DNA of 63,524 nucleotides, filler included, from Saprolegnia diclina VS20 (lineage: Eukaryota), in assembly GCF_000281045.1 (NCBI RefSeq). It is 4 parts of 3 records of this genome, joined end to end, with 100 filler letters (N's around TTAATTAATTAA, not from the genome) between each part and the next. Parts side by side here need not be neighbours in the genome. Positions count along the whole stretch, not along the records: positions 28,543 to 60,247 come from NW_008246120.1; positions 60,348 to 62,208 come from NW_008246121.1; positions 62,309 to 63,524 come from NW_008246121.1; 1 more part is not named here. One strand, given 5' to 3'. How positions within the stretch are numbered: position 1 is the stretch's first letter; every line of letters starts with the position of its first letter. Below the pieces are notes generated by a model. It was not told the DNA's origin. It saw nothing but the letters and a program-made list of their open reading frames with translations, and made no database searches. Positions 52,551 to 63,524 of the stretch are shown piece after piece. Position numbers and translations under genes: made by a program.

Positions 52551-55500
52551 ATGGCCCGGTACCACTCGATCGAGGCCGAGCTACCGCCTTCGCACCGCAC
52601 GCACCCGTCCTCGGCGGCGTCCTGGACGTCCCGTGTCCTCTACGCATGGGTCCAGCCGCTCCTCTCGCTCGGCAACACCCGGCAGCTGCAGCCCGACGAC
52701 ATTTGGCCGCTCGAAGCGCCACTGCAGTGCAAGACCGTGAGCGCCGCCTTTGAGCCTGCCTTTCGGTCGACCCGCTCGATTGCCCGCGCCGTGGTCTCGG
52801 TCTACGGTGGCCGCCTCGTTGTCATCGGCCTCGTCCAAGCGATCACAGTCGGCTGCACCTTGTATGGCCCGATCGTGCTCCAACAAATCCTCGTCGCCGT
52901 CGAGTCGGGTCCGGCCATGGACGTCCTGTCCGTGCTCGGGACGATCTTTGCGCTCTTTCTTGTGCGGTCACTGCAAGCGCTACTGACGGCCCACGCCACG
53001 TACGCCAACCAGCTCGTGACTGTCCAGCTCACGTCGGCGCTCCAGCACCTCCTCTTTCAGAAAGCGCTCTTGCTCGACGCAGCCGCGCGCAAGGCTACGA
53101 CGGCCGGCGAGCTCGCCAACCTCTTCTCGACCGACATCCAAACCATCATAACGTTCTCGGCCGCGTCCAACCAGATCTGGCTCATTCCGCTCCAGGTCGT
53201 TGTCATCTTGGCCATGTTGTACCGCGTCATTGGCTGGTCGACGTTTGTCGGCGCCGGCGTCATCGTCGTCACCCTCGGTGCCAACCATGTGCTCGCGAAC
53301 GCCCAGCGCCAGGCGTTCAAGACGCTCATGACGCAGAAGGACGCGCGCATGAAGGTCGTCCATGAAGTCTTTGGGTCGATCCAGGTCATCAAGCTCAACG
53401 CGTGGGAAGAAAAATTCAGCGACAAGCTCACGCGCCTCCGCGACGCCGAGCTTGGCACGATGCACCACATCATTGTGCTGCAGTCGTGGTTCGTCGCGCT
53501 CTTGTACGCGGCGCCCGTCGTCGTCTCGATCGTGTCGCTGGCGATCTACGCGCTCGTGATGCGGCAGTCGCTGACGCCGGCGACGGTCTTCACCGCGCTC
53601 TCGCTCTTTACATTGCTGCGCGGCCCGATGATGTTTTTGCCGCAGATCGTCGCCAACCTCATGCAGGCGGTCGTGGCACTCAAGCGCATCATGGAGTTTC
53701 TCGACATGGACGAGAAGGACACGGACGTCGTCAAGACGCCCGAGACCATCTCAACCTCGGAACTCAACGCGTACGCTGAAAAGAAGATTGACATTGAGAT
53801 TGCCGACGGCACGTTTGCATGGGACGTCAGCGGCAAGCCGCTCTTCAACGGCATCAACCTCCAAATCAAGCGCGGCGAGTTTGTGCTCGTTCATGGCGCG
53901 GTCGGCGAAGGCAAGTCGTCGCTCGTCTCGGCGCTGCTCGGCGAGATGCACAAGCGCCACGGGTCGGTGTTTGTCGGCGGCCAAGTGGCCTACTTTTCGC
54001 AGCAGGCGTGGATCCAAAACCTCACGATCCGCGACAACATCCTCTTTGGCAAGCCGTACGACCGGAAAAAGTACAACGCCGTCCTGGACGCGTGCGCACT
54101 GAGCAAGGACCTGACGCTCTTCCCCGCCGGCGACCGCACCGAGATTGGCCAGAAAGGCGTCAACCTCAGCGGCGGCCAGAAAGCGCGCATCTCGCTCGCG
54201 AGAGCATGCTACAGCGACGCCGACATCTTCCTTTTGGACTCGCCCTTGTCGGCCGTCGACGCGATCGTGTCGAACGAGATTTTCACCAAGTGCTTTCTCG
54301 GGCTCCTCCGGCACAAGACGATCGTGCTCGTGACGCACTCGCCCGAGATCATTGCGTCCTCGTACATTGACCGGTCGATCGAGCTCAAGCAAGGCAAGCT
54401 GCTCACCACAGAAGTCGACAAGCAAGACGCCCCGATCCTCGTCTCGCCACTCAAGGCGCGGCTCGGGTTTGCGGGCAGCGGCGAGTTTACGGACGAAGAC
54501 GTCTTCTCGCTTCGCCAGAGCAAGGCGGCCGCGCAGCCGTCGTTTGTGTCGCCGTCCGTCATGTCCCCGGGCTACGACAACCTCTTTTGCACGCCGTTCG
54601 ATGACGCGAGCGTCGAGACGTACGACGAGACGACCATGTCCGGGACGCTCGTGTTTCAAGAAGAGCGCTGCGCCGGCCGCGTCTCGTCGCACATCTTCTC
54701 TGCGTATTTGGACGCGATCGGCGGGTACCCGATGCTGATCTTTTGGGCGTTTGTCATTTCGTCGTGGCAAGTCCTCTCGATCGCGGGCGACTACTGGCTC
54801 ACGAAATGGATGGCGGACCCAGACTACATTGCGCACGGTCCGTACCACTTGGCGATCTTCTCGCTGTTGTCGCTCGGGGGTGTTCTCTTTACGATCCTCC
54901 GCACGGCGTCGATCTTGCTCTCGGGGCTCAAAGCCTCTCGGCTCCTCTTTGACAAGATGACGGCGTCGCTGCTGAAGGCGCCGATGGCCTTCTTTGACGC
55001 GAACCCGGTCGGCCGCATTTTGAACCGGTACAGCAGCGACCTCGCGACCGTCGACACGGCGATCCCGATGACGCTCAACTCGTTCTTGGCGATGGTGTTT
55101 ATGGCGGTCTTTTGTCTCTTGACGACGGTCGTCGCCGTGCGCAGCCTCGGGCTCATCCTGCTGCCGATCGTGTACCTCTACTTTGCGACGGGCAGAGAGT
55201 ACATTCACCCCGCGCGCGAAGTCGAGCGCGTCAACAAGGTCACGCGGTCGCCGCTTTTGAGTTTGATTTCCGAGTGCATTGATGGCGCGCTTGTGATTCG
55301 CGCGTTTGGCGCCAAGCAAGTGCGCCGCTTCCAGCGCCTGCACCACCGCAACGTCGACATGAACTTGGAGGCGGTCGTCGCGGGCCAGGTCATCACGCAG
55401 TGGTTCTCGCTGCGTATTCAGCTCACGTCGGCGCTGCTCCTCCTCGTCACGTTTGTCTCGCTGGTGTGGGCGCGCGCGATGTTGAGTCCGGGCTTGATCG

Positions 55501-56426
55501 GTCTTGTGCTCAACTACACCTTTGCGGTGCTTCCGTTCTTCGAGTGGATAGTGACCTCGTGGTCGCAGATTGAGACGGCGATGGTCGGCCCCGAGCGGCT
55601 CTCCGAGTACGCGGCGATCGAGCCGGAGGCGCCCCGTGTGATCCACGGTGCGACGGCCCACGACTGGCCGACGACGGGCCACGTGACGTTTAGCAACATG
55701 AGCTTCCGCTACAAGGAGCACGATGCGCTCGTGCTCAAGGACGTCAACGTCGACATTGCGTCGGGCGAGAAGATTGGCATCGTCGGGCGCACGGGCGCCG
55801 GCAAGTCGAGCTTGACCATGGCGCTCTTCCGCATCAACGAGCTCGCGTCCGGCTCGATTTCGATCGACGGCGTCGACATCAAGTCGGTGGGCGTCAAGAC
55901 ACTGCGCAGTGCGATCGCGATCATTCCGCAAAACCCCGTGCTCTTCAAGGGCACGCTGCGCAACTACTTGGATCCGTTCAGCGACTATGGCGACGACCAG
56001 CTCTGGGACGCCCTCGGTAAAGTCCGCCTCCAATCGCGCATCGCGTCGGTCGACGGCCAGCTCGAGAGCCACGTCGAAGAGAACGGCGAGAACTTTAGCG
56101 TCGGCGAGCGGCAGATGCTGTGCATGGCGCGGGCCCTCCTGCGGCAGGCGCGCATCGTGGTCATGGACGAAGCGACGGCGGCGATTGACCACGAGACGGA
56201 CCAGAACCTCCAGCGCGTGATCCGGACCGAGTTTGCGGCCTCGACCGTCCTCACGATCGCCCACCGCCTCGACACGGTTTTGGACTGCGACCGCATTCTC
56301 GTGTTTGACCAAGGCCGGCTCGTGCAGTGCGACAAGCCGCAGCAGTTGATTGACGACGGCACTGGCATCTTTTACGAGCTCTGCCACGAAGGCGGGTACC
56401 TCGACAAGGTGCTTGCGTCGCCGTAG
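52551..56426 (+). CDS. ABC transporter subfamily C (short MRP type, no TMD0)
   Basis: Intronless TMD-NBD-TMD-NBD; GAVGEGKSS, LSGGQKAR, LLDSPLSAVD; GRTGAGKSS, FSVGERQ, MDEATAAID, IAHRL. Confidence 0.96.
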   Translation: MARYHSIEAELPPSHRTHPSSAASWTSRVLYAWVQPLLSLGNTRQLQPDDIWPLEAPLQCKTVSAAFEPAFRSTRSIARAVVSVYGGRLVVIGLVQAITVGCTLYGPIVLQQILVAVESGPAMDVLSVLGTIFALFLVRSLQALLTAHATYANQLVTVQLTSALQHLLFQKALLLDAAARKATTAGELANLFSTDIQTIITFSAASNQIWLIPLQVVVILAMLYRVIGWSTFVGAGVIVVTLGANHVLANAQRQAFKTLMTQKDARMKVVHEVFGSIQVIKLNAWEEKFSDKLTRLRDAELGTMHHIIVLQSWFVALLYAAPVVVSIVSLAIYALVMRQSLTPATVFTALSLFTLLRGPMMFLPQIVANLMQAVVALKRIMEFLDMDEKDTDVVKTPETISTSELNAYAEKKIDIEIADGTFAWDVSGKPLFNGINLQIKRGEFVLVHGAVGEGKSSLVSALLGEMHKRHGSVFVGGQVAYFSQQAWIQNLTIRDNILFGKPYDRKKYNAVLDACALSKDLTLFPAGDRTEIGQKGVNLSGGQKARISLARACYSDADIFLLDSPLSAVDAIVSNEIFTKCFLGLLRHKTIVLVTHSPEIIASSYIDRSIELKQGKLLTTEVDKQDAPILVSPLKARLGFAGSGEFTDEDVFSLRQSKAAAQPSFVSPSVMSPGYDNLFCTPFDDASVETYDETTMSGTLVFQEERCAGRVSSHIFSAYLDAIGGYPMLIFWAFVISSWQVLSIAGDYWLTKWMADPDYIAHGPYHLAIFSLLSLGGVLFTILRTASILLSGLKASRLLFDKMTASLLKAPMAFFDANPVGRILNRYSSDLATVDTAIPMTLNSFLAMVFMAVFCLLTTVVAVRSLGLILLPIVYLYFATGREYIHPAREVERVNKVTRSPLLSLISECIDGALVIRAFGAKQVRRFQRLHHRNVDMNLEAVVAGQVITQWFSLRIQLTSALLLLVTFVSLVWARAMLSPGLIGLVLNYTFAVLPFFEWIVTSWSQIETAMVGPERLSEYAAIEPEAPRVIHGATAHDWPTTGHVTFSNMSFRYKEHDALVLKDVNVDIASGEKIGIVGRTGAGKSSLTMALFRINELASGSISIDGVDIKSVGVKTLRSAIAIIPQNPVLFKGTLRNYLDPFSDYGDDQLWDALGKVRLQSRIASVDGQLESHVEENGENFSVGERQMLCMARALLRQARIVVMDEATAAIDHETDQNLQRVIRTEFAASTVLTIAHRLDTVLDCDRILVFDQGRLVQCDKPQQLIDDGTGIFYELCHEGGYLDKVLASP

Positions 56427-57277
56427 AGTGTTTACGAGACGACCGATATTGTCTCTTATTTTATTGCAATTATCAAGTATTTTACAGTGTATTTTACCGC
56501 TTCTATTTCTTGGGTCGAAAGGGGTCATTGCGTGCGTCTCGCAAACAGCTACAACTGGCTTACAAAAGGCAACTACAAAACCATCAGCACTGCGTACACA
56601 CTGCGTCGATTCTGCAGATAAGAGCCACCGATAAGAACCACCCTGAGATCGGTTCTTATCCAAACACGGCGCAATTGTGTGCGTTGCCCACGCGAGCTGC
56701 CACGCAGCAAATGTCGAACCAGAAGAATGGCAGGAACACAGCTTGTCAAACTGGGCGGACAAGGGCGATCGCCCTCACGACCTTCCGCGTCCCTATCGCC
56801 TGCCAAAGCTTGCCTTCGCCCAAGGTGCGGCACCCTCGTCGCCGGCACGTCGTGTCCATGTGTCGTCGATCGGTTATCGGTTATCGCTTATGAACCGGTC
56901 GCCAACGTTCCAGATGGTCATCGTCGCACTCTGCTTGTGGGTCGTGGCTCGATGATTGCGATTGCTCTGGCGTCGTTCTTCTCGACGGACGCAGCGGATG
57001 CGCTCCAAGCACTTGAAGGACCAGCCGTTGGCAACTTCAAGGTCGGTTCATGGTGCATAGCCGCGCGCCGACGACGGTGTCGGAGGCTTCTGCAGCCGAT
57101 CGCGCTCGTCAACCGACCTATCAGCGCTGCGGTTGGGTCTTTTCAGCGCTGTGTGCCACGGTGCAGCGCATCTGATGCCGCAGTTGCGCGCCTGGTCGGC
57201 CTCTTTGAGGTTCCGCCCGCTTCGACCAGGTGGCGCTTTGCTAGTTGGGTGCGTTTATCCGCTCGGTGGTCCCTTGT

Positions 57278-57291
57278 TCATTTTCGATTTC
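57278..57291 (+). promoter_or_regulatory. Inr/FPR-like element (TCATTTTCGATTTC) before the proline iminopeptidase ATG
   Basis: Close to the oomycete TCATTYY...WTTT consensus; ends 3 nt before the ATG. Confidence 0.45.
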
Positions 57292-57294
57292 ATA

Positions 57295-58644
57295 ATGGCG
57301 ACCGTGCATTCCTCGGGCCTGGCCAAGCTTCCGGGCGGCGTCCACAGCCGCGACCACCGCATCACGGTGCCACTCGACCACTTTGACGCGACCAACCACG
57401 AAACCATCGAGGTCTTTGTGCGCGAAGTCGTCGCCGACAAGCACCTCGCGAACGACCATTTGCCGCTGCTGCTGTACCTCCAGGGCGGCCCAGGCTTTCC
57501 GTCGCCGCGCCCGGGCGCGCCGCCGTCTGGCTGGCTCAAGAAGGCCCTCGAGGACTACCGCGTCCTGCTCCTCGACCAGCGCGGTACGGGCCTCTCGACG
57601 CCTATCACTGCGCAGTCGTGCCGTGACTTCAAGGACCCGGACGCGCTCGCGGCCTACTTGCGCCACTTCCGCGCCGATGCGATCGTGCACGACGCCGAGC
57701 TCTTTCGGTCGAGTGTGTTTCCGGACCTGAACCTGACGCTGCTCGGGCAGTCGTTTGGCGGGTTTTGCATCCTCTCGTACCTCTCGTTCTTCCCCGGGTC
57801 GCTCGACCGCGTCCTCTTCACAGTCGGTTTGGCGCCGGTCGGTGCGTCCGCCGACAATGTATACGAAGCCACGTACGCCAAGATGGCCGAACGCAACCGC
57901 CGCTACTATGCGCGGTACCCCGAAGATACGTGGCGCGCGGCCAAGATCGCGCACCACCTCATGCACCACCCGGCGGCGCTGCCCGGCGGCGGTGTCCTCA
58001 CGGCGCGCCGGTTTGCAACGCTCGGCGCGCAGTTTGGCTTTGCGGGCGGCATGGAGACGGTCCACTACCTCCTCGAAGGCGCGTGGCTCAACGAAGACGA
58101 GCTCTCCTCAGGCTTCCTCGCCGGCGTCGAGAGCCTCCAGGCCGGCTTTGACACCAACCCGCTCTACTTTGTGCTGCACGAAGCTATCTACTGCGATGGC
58201 CCCAAGGTCGCGTCCAACTGGTCGGCGCAGCGCGTCCACGCGGCCGGCGACAAGCGCTTCCACTGGGACCGCTTTGGCACGATCACGACTGACATGGACC
58301 CGCTCTACTTTTCCGGCGAAATGGTGTTTCCGTGGATGGCCGAGGACTATGCGGGCCTGCGCTTCTTCAAGGCCGCGGCCGAGAAGCTCGCGGCGACGTC
58401 CAACTGGCGCCCGCTCTACGACCTTGATGCGCTCAAGGACACGGAGATTCCCGGCGCGGCGCTCGTCGCGTACGACGACGTGTTTGTCGACCGCGACCTC
58501 TCGCTCGCAACCGCGCGCCTCCTTGGCGACAACGTTGCTGTCTTTGTCTCGAACGAGTACCAGCACAGCGGCCTCCGCGACGAGCCGGCGCTCTTCGAGA
58601 AGCTTCTCAAGGCCTCCAAGGGCGATCTCGTCTTGCCGTCGTAA
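57295..58644 (+). CDS. pip: Proline iminopeptidase (S33 alpha/beta hydrolase)
   Basis: VPLDH, YLQGGPGF, LLDQRGTGLSTP, FRADAIVHDAE, nucleophile GQSFGG, FSGEMVFPWM, EYQHSGLR. Confidence 0.92.
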   Translation: MATVHSSGLAKLPGGVHSRDHRITVPLDHFDATNHETIEVFVREVVADKHLANDHLPLLLYLQGGPGFPSPRPGAPPSGWLKKALEDYRVLLLDQRGTGLSTPITAQSCRDFKDPDALAAYLRHFRADAIVHDAELFRSSVFPDLNLTLLGQSFGGFCILSYLSFFPGSLDRVLFTVGLAPVGASADNVYEATYAKMAERNRRYYARYPEDTWRAAKIAHHLMHHPAALPGGGVLTARRFATLGAQFGFAGGMETVHYLLEGAWLNEDELSSGFLAGVESLQAGFDTNPLYFVLHEAIYCDGPKVASNWSAQRVHAAGDKRFHWDRFGTITTDMDPLYFSGEMVFPWMAEDYAGLRFFKAAAEKLAATSNWRPLYDLDALKDTEIPGAALVAYDDVFVDRDLSLATARLLGDNVAVFVSNEYQHSGLRDEPALFEKLLKASKGDLVLPS

Positions 58645-58682
58645 GCTCGATCCGCTGCAATAAGAACTGAAAGTACGTGTTG

Positions 58683-59027
58683 TTATAAATAAGGGGCGAG
58701 GTCTTTTCGGATCTCTTGGATGGTGCAAATGCTCGTCTCGATCGTCTGGAGGTGTACGCGGAGGACAGGGTCGGCATGCTCAAGCGTCGCAAAGTGCGGC
58801 GGCGGCTCAGATGCAAAGAACGCGAGCGGGTGGTCGCCGTAGCTGGGCTGCGTGTGCCGGGGAATGCCACCGCGCGCAAGGACGCGGCTGGACTCGCGCG
58901 CCGAGGCGCGGCTGGACTCGCGCGACTTGACGAGCGCGTCGGTGTCCTGGTAGTAGGCGCCAAAGACGCCCCGCATGGCATGGAACCTCTTGGGCGGGCG
59001 GCTGGCGACGGATATGCGCGGCTGCAT
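58683..59027 (-). CDS. Small hypothetical protein (114 aa)
   Basis: ATG-TAA ORF with coding-like composition, converging on pip with an AT-rich gap. Confidence 0.55.
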   Translation of the reverse strand: MQPRISVASRPPKRFHAMRGVFGAYYQDTDALVKSRESSRASARESSRVLARGGIPRHTQPSYGDHPLAFFASEPPPHFATLEHADPVLRVHLQTIETSICTIQEIRKDLAPYL

Positions 59028-60247
59028 CTTCCTTCGCCGCTTGTGCCAATGTTGCGCGACTGTAGTGTGCAACGAGAAATGGCCGCGACATTTTTTAATG
59101 GCGTGCGCCATTTGCATACAAATGGCCAGTGTCCGTGTATTTTATTCGCGAGTAATGGTCCGCAGTAATGCCATTGGACGGGAAACACACAACTTGAACC
59201 CGCGCGCTTGTGATTCGTCAAAATGCGTGCGTTTTACTCAACGTCGCGATGCGATTGGCCAATCGGATGCAGCGTCAACCAATCCAAAGTGTGGACGCGG
59301 GATCTGTCGATTTGGCCAAGCCCGCGGCGACTGGAATCAGCACTTACGACGGTCGGCCGCAGAAGGCCCACGGAGCGAGCGAGCGTGTCAGTCGACAGCG
59401 TGACGTTGACACCCAACATCCAATAGCACGGGAACTCACAGCTCAAATTTGGTGGAAAAAAACACATCGAGCTCCTTTTCGCTCCACACGCGGGCGTCGG
59501 AGACACAAACCATCTATTGCGTGGGAGTGTACCTCGGTTTCTGCAACGTGCAACAGGCGCCACGTACGAACTACAAGCGCGTGGCGTTGTACCGTGCTGG
59601 ACCGCGACGACCAGCTTCAATCAGCGATTAGGGCAGCCGTTCTTTATGAAACCGCATGTGAAACGGTTTGCCCAGAGCTCAGAGGGTTTTTCAAGCTGTG
59701 TTCATGAACGTGTTCCAACCTGGATGTATTATTATATGGGTGTGTCCTGCAGCTCTTTTCAGCACCACGTGTAGACATGCAAGATCGCTGTGTTGTTGCC
59801 TTCGGCACAGCGCTCTCTTCCGCAGTGTTGATTGATCACGAACCAAGCACACTGTCTTCTCCAGTCGCATAGTATAGAGCTATATATTTGTCGGTGGACG
59901 CTGCAACCCGTCGTGGGTACATTCTTTCTTTATGTTTTGACGAATGCGATTGCAGATCGCTTTCGATTTTGTCCAATCACACAAGCGAAAAAGGTCACGG
60001 ACAAAGAAGTGAGGGCAAGAGAGCAGAGTGGAGGCTCCTTCCTTCCTGTACCTCCACAACAACAAATGCCTATTGCTGTGTCTAACGGTTGATCTGGCCG
60101 CCGGGAAAGCCGGGCCTGGGGACGTGACCGGGACGCATGAAGCAGAAGAGAGACATCTAACCCTTGTTCAATGGTCTTGAAGAGGCGACCCATATCCTGC
60201 CCGCTAGCTTGGCCCAGTCGTCAAGGTAGATAATATGATCCAGCGGG

Positions 60248-60347
60248 NNNNNNNNNNNNNNNNNNNNNNNNNNNNNNNNNNNNNNNNNNNNTTAATTAAT
60301 TAANNNNNNNNNNNNNNNNNNNNNNNNNNNNNNNNNNNNNNNNNNNN
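60248..60347. other. Assembly gap with artificial TTAATTAATTAA linker
   Basis: 44N + linker + 44N. Confidence 0.95.
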
Positions 60348-61077
60348 TGTAGTAGTAGTACCATTTCCGGTACGGTGAACTGTACTCCATGACATTGATT
60401 CCATGCATTCCTTCATTGCGCCTTGCACCGCTGCCGTTGGTAATCACGAAACGTAGTATAAACCTCAAGCATGGCTGCAAAAGGTACCAGATTCGGCGGG
60501 AACCGCACGCCTCCATGCAGTGCGTGTCTTCGTGCATTCCTGTCGGAGTACTTTCGCATGCACGCCACACCAAGAACGAACAAGCGCGTGGCCCGCGGTG
60601 CTTCCAGAGGGCTTAAGTGGCCGTGTCCCACACGCGTGCAGCCGGTGACAAGTTGAAGGAATTGACCAATTATGAACACTATGCATCCTTCGGAGTAGCC
60701 GTGGGCGGTATTTTGTGAGTGACGGTCAGTGCGGGCATCCAACCAGCGAATCTGTTTGCGAATCATTCGCTGTGGCACATCCCTCGGCTTCCTTGGTAGT
60801 GGGCCTTCATGCCACGTACAGGCAAGCGACGGGGCAGCTACGGTGGTGTCCCTAGAGAAGAATTATGTAGAGAGGCATTAAGAGTCATGAAGCCAGTAGT
60901 ATGTATTCTCGAGTCTGGGCAAGAACGACGTGCCAAGGACGTCTGATAACGACCACCCGTGCACCGGCGAATCTAAAAATAGAACCCAAAATCACATGTT
61001 TTCTTCCATGTCGCCTGTCCCATCGAGCCCCACGATGGGACAGGAATGGTCACTTTGCCTTTGACAACGCCATTGAC

Positions 61078-61836
61078 ATGACGTCCCGCCACACGACGAA
61101 CGATGACATTCACTTTATTGCGTCGGCCAAAGCGCTACTTGAAGCGTCGCCTTTGTCTCCACGCCCAGAAGCACGCCCGTGGGACAACGCTTCGACCGCG
61201 CTCGGTCTCTTGCCCGTCAGCCTCACAGCGTCTATTGGCTCGGGTCAAAGTGTCCTTGGCTACTATGTACAATACGACATGACGCTCAAGTGTCCGATCA
61301 CATCGCGCGCCTGGACCATCCACAAGCGCTACTCGCAGCTGCTCCAGTTCCGATCACAAGTGGCCAAGCTTCACGCCGCGTCTCCATCGTCCTCGCTCGT
61401 TCACGTGCTCAAGCTCCCCTTTCCCAAGAAGGCTCTCGACTCGGAGAAGCCAAGTGTCATTGCCGAGCGCATGCGGCGCTTCCAAATCTTTGTCGAGCAC
61501 GTCTGGAGCCTATACGCCAGCTGCGTGGTGCCAACCAGCGGCGCGCCAGAGGAAGCCGCTGCCGTCGTCGCGTGTCTACGCGAGTTTCTGAGTGTGCCCG
61601 AGGCCGTGCTGGCCATCTCGGTGCGCCACATCAACGAGATGCCCCAGGACATGGACCCATGCGTAGTGTGCTTGGGCGACTTCGACGTTGACGACTTGCG
61701 CTGTCCGTCGGTGGTGCTGGCGCTGTCGTGCGGCCATGTGTTTCACCGCGATTGTCTTCAGCAGTGGTGCGCAGTGGCAGCGACGTGCCCGACATGCCGG
61801 TCTGAAGTGGGGTCCATGGCAAGCCTGAAGATGTAG
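61078..61836 (+). CDS. PX domain plus RING-H2 protein (putative phosphoinositide-targeted E3 ligase)
   Basis: PX: WTIHKRYSQLLQFR, LPFPKK, IAERMRRFQIFV, LREFL; RING-H2: CVVCLGDF...CGHVFHRDCLQQW...CPTCR. Confidence 0.9.
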   Translation: MTSRHTTNDDIHFIASAKALLEASPLSPRPEARPWDNASTALGLLPVSLTASIGSGQSVLGYYVQYDMTLKCPITSRAWTIHKRYSQLLQFRSQVAKLHAASPSSSLVHVLKLPFPKKALDSEKPSVIAERMRRFQIFVEHVWSLYASCVVPTSGAPEEAAAVVACLREFLSVPEAVLAISVRHINEMPQDMDPCVVCLGDFDVDDLRCPSVVLALSCGHVFHRDCLQQWCAVAATCPTCRSEVGSMASLKM

Positions 61837-62208
61837 CTGAGAAGTGTCGATGTTCTACAATCTATGTACGACTTGTTTCCCGAGTAAGAAAAAAGTGTTT
61901 CTTTTGTTTGAGTGTTTTCACACAGTTGGTTTTGTCTTGAACATGCCAGGACTAGTACATCAGCTTTGTACTAGTAGGGTAATTATGATAAAGTACAATA
62001 GAGCAAATGAAGACGCACACAGTAGCTGCGATGAAGGATCGGGCGAACATCATGCCATTGAGAACAGCGATGAACTGGACCAACGCATCATCCCGTGTGC
62101 GAAATGGTAAGTTGCATTTCAGCATCTATTAACCTCTAGAGACTGTTTCAGGCGCACATTCAAATGCAACGTGCTGATGGCATACATTGAACCTTCTGGC
62201 GAGGGCAC

Positions 62209-62308
62209 NNNNNNNNNNNNNNNNNNNNNNNNNNNNNNNNNNNNNNNNNNNNTTAATTAATTAANNNNNNNNNNNNNNNNNNNNNNNNNNNNNNNNNNNN
62301 NNNNNNNN
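62209..62308. other. Assembly gap with artificial TTAATTAATTAA linker
   Basis: 44N + linker + 44N. Confidence 0.95.
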
Positions 62309-62840
62309 CCAGAGTCAAGATGGACAAAGCAAGCTCGTACTTGAGGACGGCGCAGTAGTGCGACGTTGGCGTCTCCATGTCCGTGTCGCCAAAATGCTCG
62401 TACTGCGAGATGTAAAAGATGCCATTGTGCTGCTTGGCGCTCAAGAGGAACTGGTCGTTGTTCCAGAACATCCTACAAGGCGATGGCATGAGGCTACGAC
62501 CGGCGACGACCGGCGACAGCATGTACTTGTATTGCGTCTTGTTGATGCGGTGCACCGTGCTGTACGTCCACGCCTTTGCCGACGTCGGGCTCAAGCTCTC
62601 TTCCGCAATGTACTCGCGCGCATTGCCGCTCTCGAGAAGGTCCATGTCCTGGAACTTGTCGCGCTTGATGGCCGTGCCCCACGATGGCGACGCCGACGCT
62701 TTGGCCTCGTCGCCGTCGTCCTTGATGAGCTTGGTCGCAATGAGCAGCGCGGCCTTGTCGAAGAAGCTCACGTCCGCGGCCGGCGGCGCCGCGTCGTTGT
62801 TGAGGTCCGTCGAGATCGTGAGCGAGCTGCGCGAGGCCAT
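62309..62840 (-). CDS. 5' part of a multi-exon gene, possibly Tubby-like; 3' end lost in gap
   Basis: Strongly coding ORF from MASRSSLTIS; segment TVHRINKTQYK.MFWNNDQFLLSAKQHNGIFYISQ loosely resembles the start of a Tubby barrel. Confidence 0.55.
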
Positions 62841-63524
62841 GCTTTCGGGATATGGCCTCGTCGGTCGTCGCCCGGAAGATCAAAATAGCCTGCCGTTGGC
62901 CAAAATCCAAATCTGTCGGCCAATCAAACTTCGCCGTTGCGATCTTTCCACTTGGCGGTTGCCGTTGACCGCCATGACAAGGAAAATGGCGGCGACGTGG
63001 GTTCGAAGTGGCGACCAGCGACTACAACAAGGGTGTTTATAAATTAATGTCTTTAAAAATCATAGAACCATCACACACCGTGCATGCCGTACTAGTAGGT
63101 CTTACATGGCCATTCGGCCTGTCCAAGCGGTTGACAAGGTGCGAGGGTTGGGGCTAAACCAGAGGGGCGGTCGGTGAAGGTAGCACAAAGCGGCAGAATG
63201 GTCTCTTGCGGTTGTTGCACTACGGGCGTCGACGATGCATATGCCCATTTACCTTCTGCGGGAATGCCTCGATCACTTCGCGATCTCGCTATGATGTTGC
63301 GCAAGTACAGAGAGCCTCGGGAGCGTGCGCTCGATGGACAAGTGGCTTCGCCTGGTCACGCGCACAGGAGAATCCTGAATCGTACTACTGTGAACGTCGC
63401 TGCAAGCGAACTGACACCATGCTATTATATAGATTGGCTTTGTTGAAAATACAACATTTTGTGTTCTATGTATCACAAGGCTTATTCGCCCCAGGCTAAG
63501 GCAAAGTGGTTCTGAACAAAAACC

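Noticed and set aside
53751..56762. 1003-aa antisense ORF, and many similar long shadow ORFs over real genes
   Set aside because: Expected by-product of high GC3 codon usage on the opposite strand of the ABC transporter and other CDSs
1..63524. tRNA, rRNA, RxLR or Crinkler effector genes
   Set aside because: None recognisable by eye; tRNAscan-SE/Infernal and effector HMM searches would be needed to exclude them

Overview
Gene-dense, GC-rich eukaryotic genomic DNA with many short GT-AG introns (about 35-60 bp). Codon usage, oomycete-type Inr/FPR core promoter motifs and the gene set suggest an oomycete, probably Saprolegniales (inference). About 30 genes are supported: Ariadne RBR E3, Tudor/chromo-barrel protein, SFT2, EF-hand protein, MATE, KRE6/SKN1-like GH16, BMT5-like methyltransferase with C2H2 fingers, rhomboid, DAP3/mS29, a secreted Cys-rich protein, MFS sugar transporter, USP deubiquitinase, RNase HII, NEK kinase, EH-domain protein, TBC-like protein, PPR protein, SMS/IPC-synthase-like protein, LRR protein, IQ protein, ABCC transporter, proline iminopeptidase and a PX-RING protein. 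Highlights: (1) a palindrome with arms of at least 2.84 kb and a 185-bp spacer that duplicates a sugar transporter plus USP pair, with the two genes diverging differently; (2) an apparent fusion of a NEK6/7-type kinase to a full IFT57-like module; (3) a recurrent TCCGGA motif clustered upstream of genes; (4) a secreted IGFBP-like/cystatin-like protein; (5) a roughly 0.4-kb direct repeat bracketing a gene-poor 2.7-kb stretch. Seven N gaps are present, three containing an artificial TTAATTAATTAA linker, so contiguity across them is uncertain. Multi-exon gene boundaries were spliced by eye and are approximate; family assignments come from recalled motifs, not database searches.
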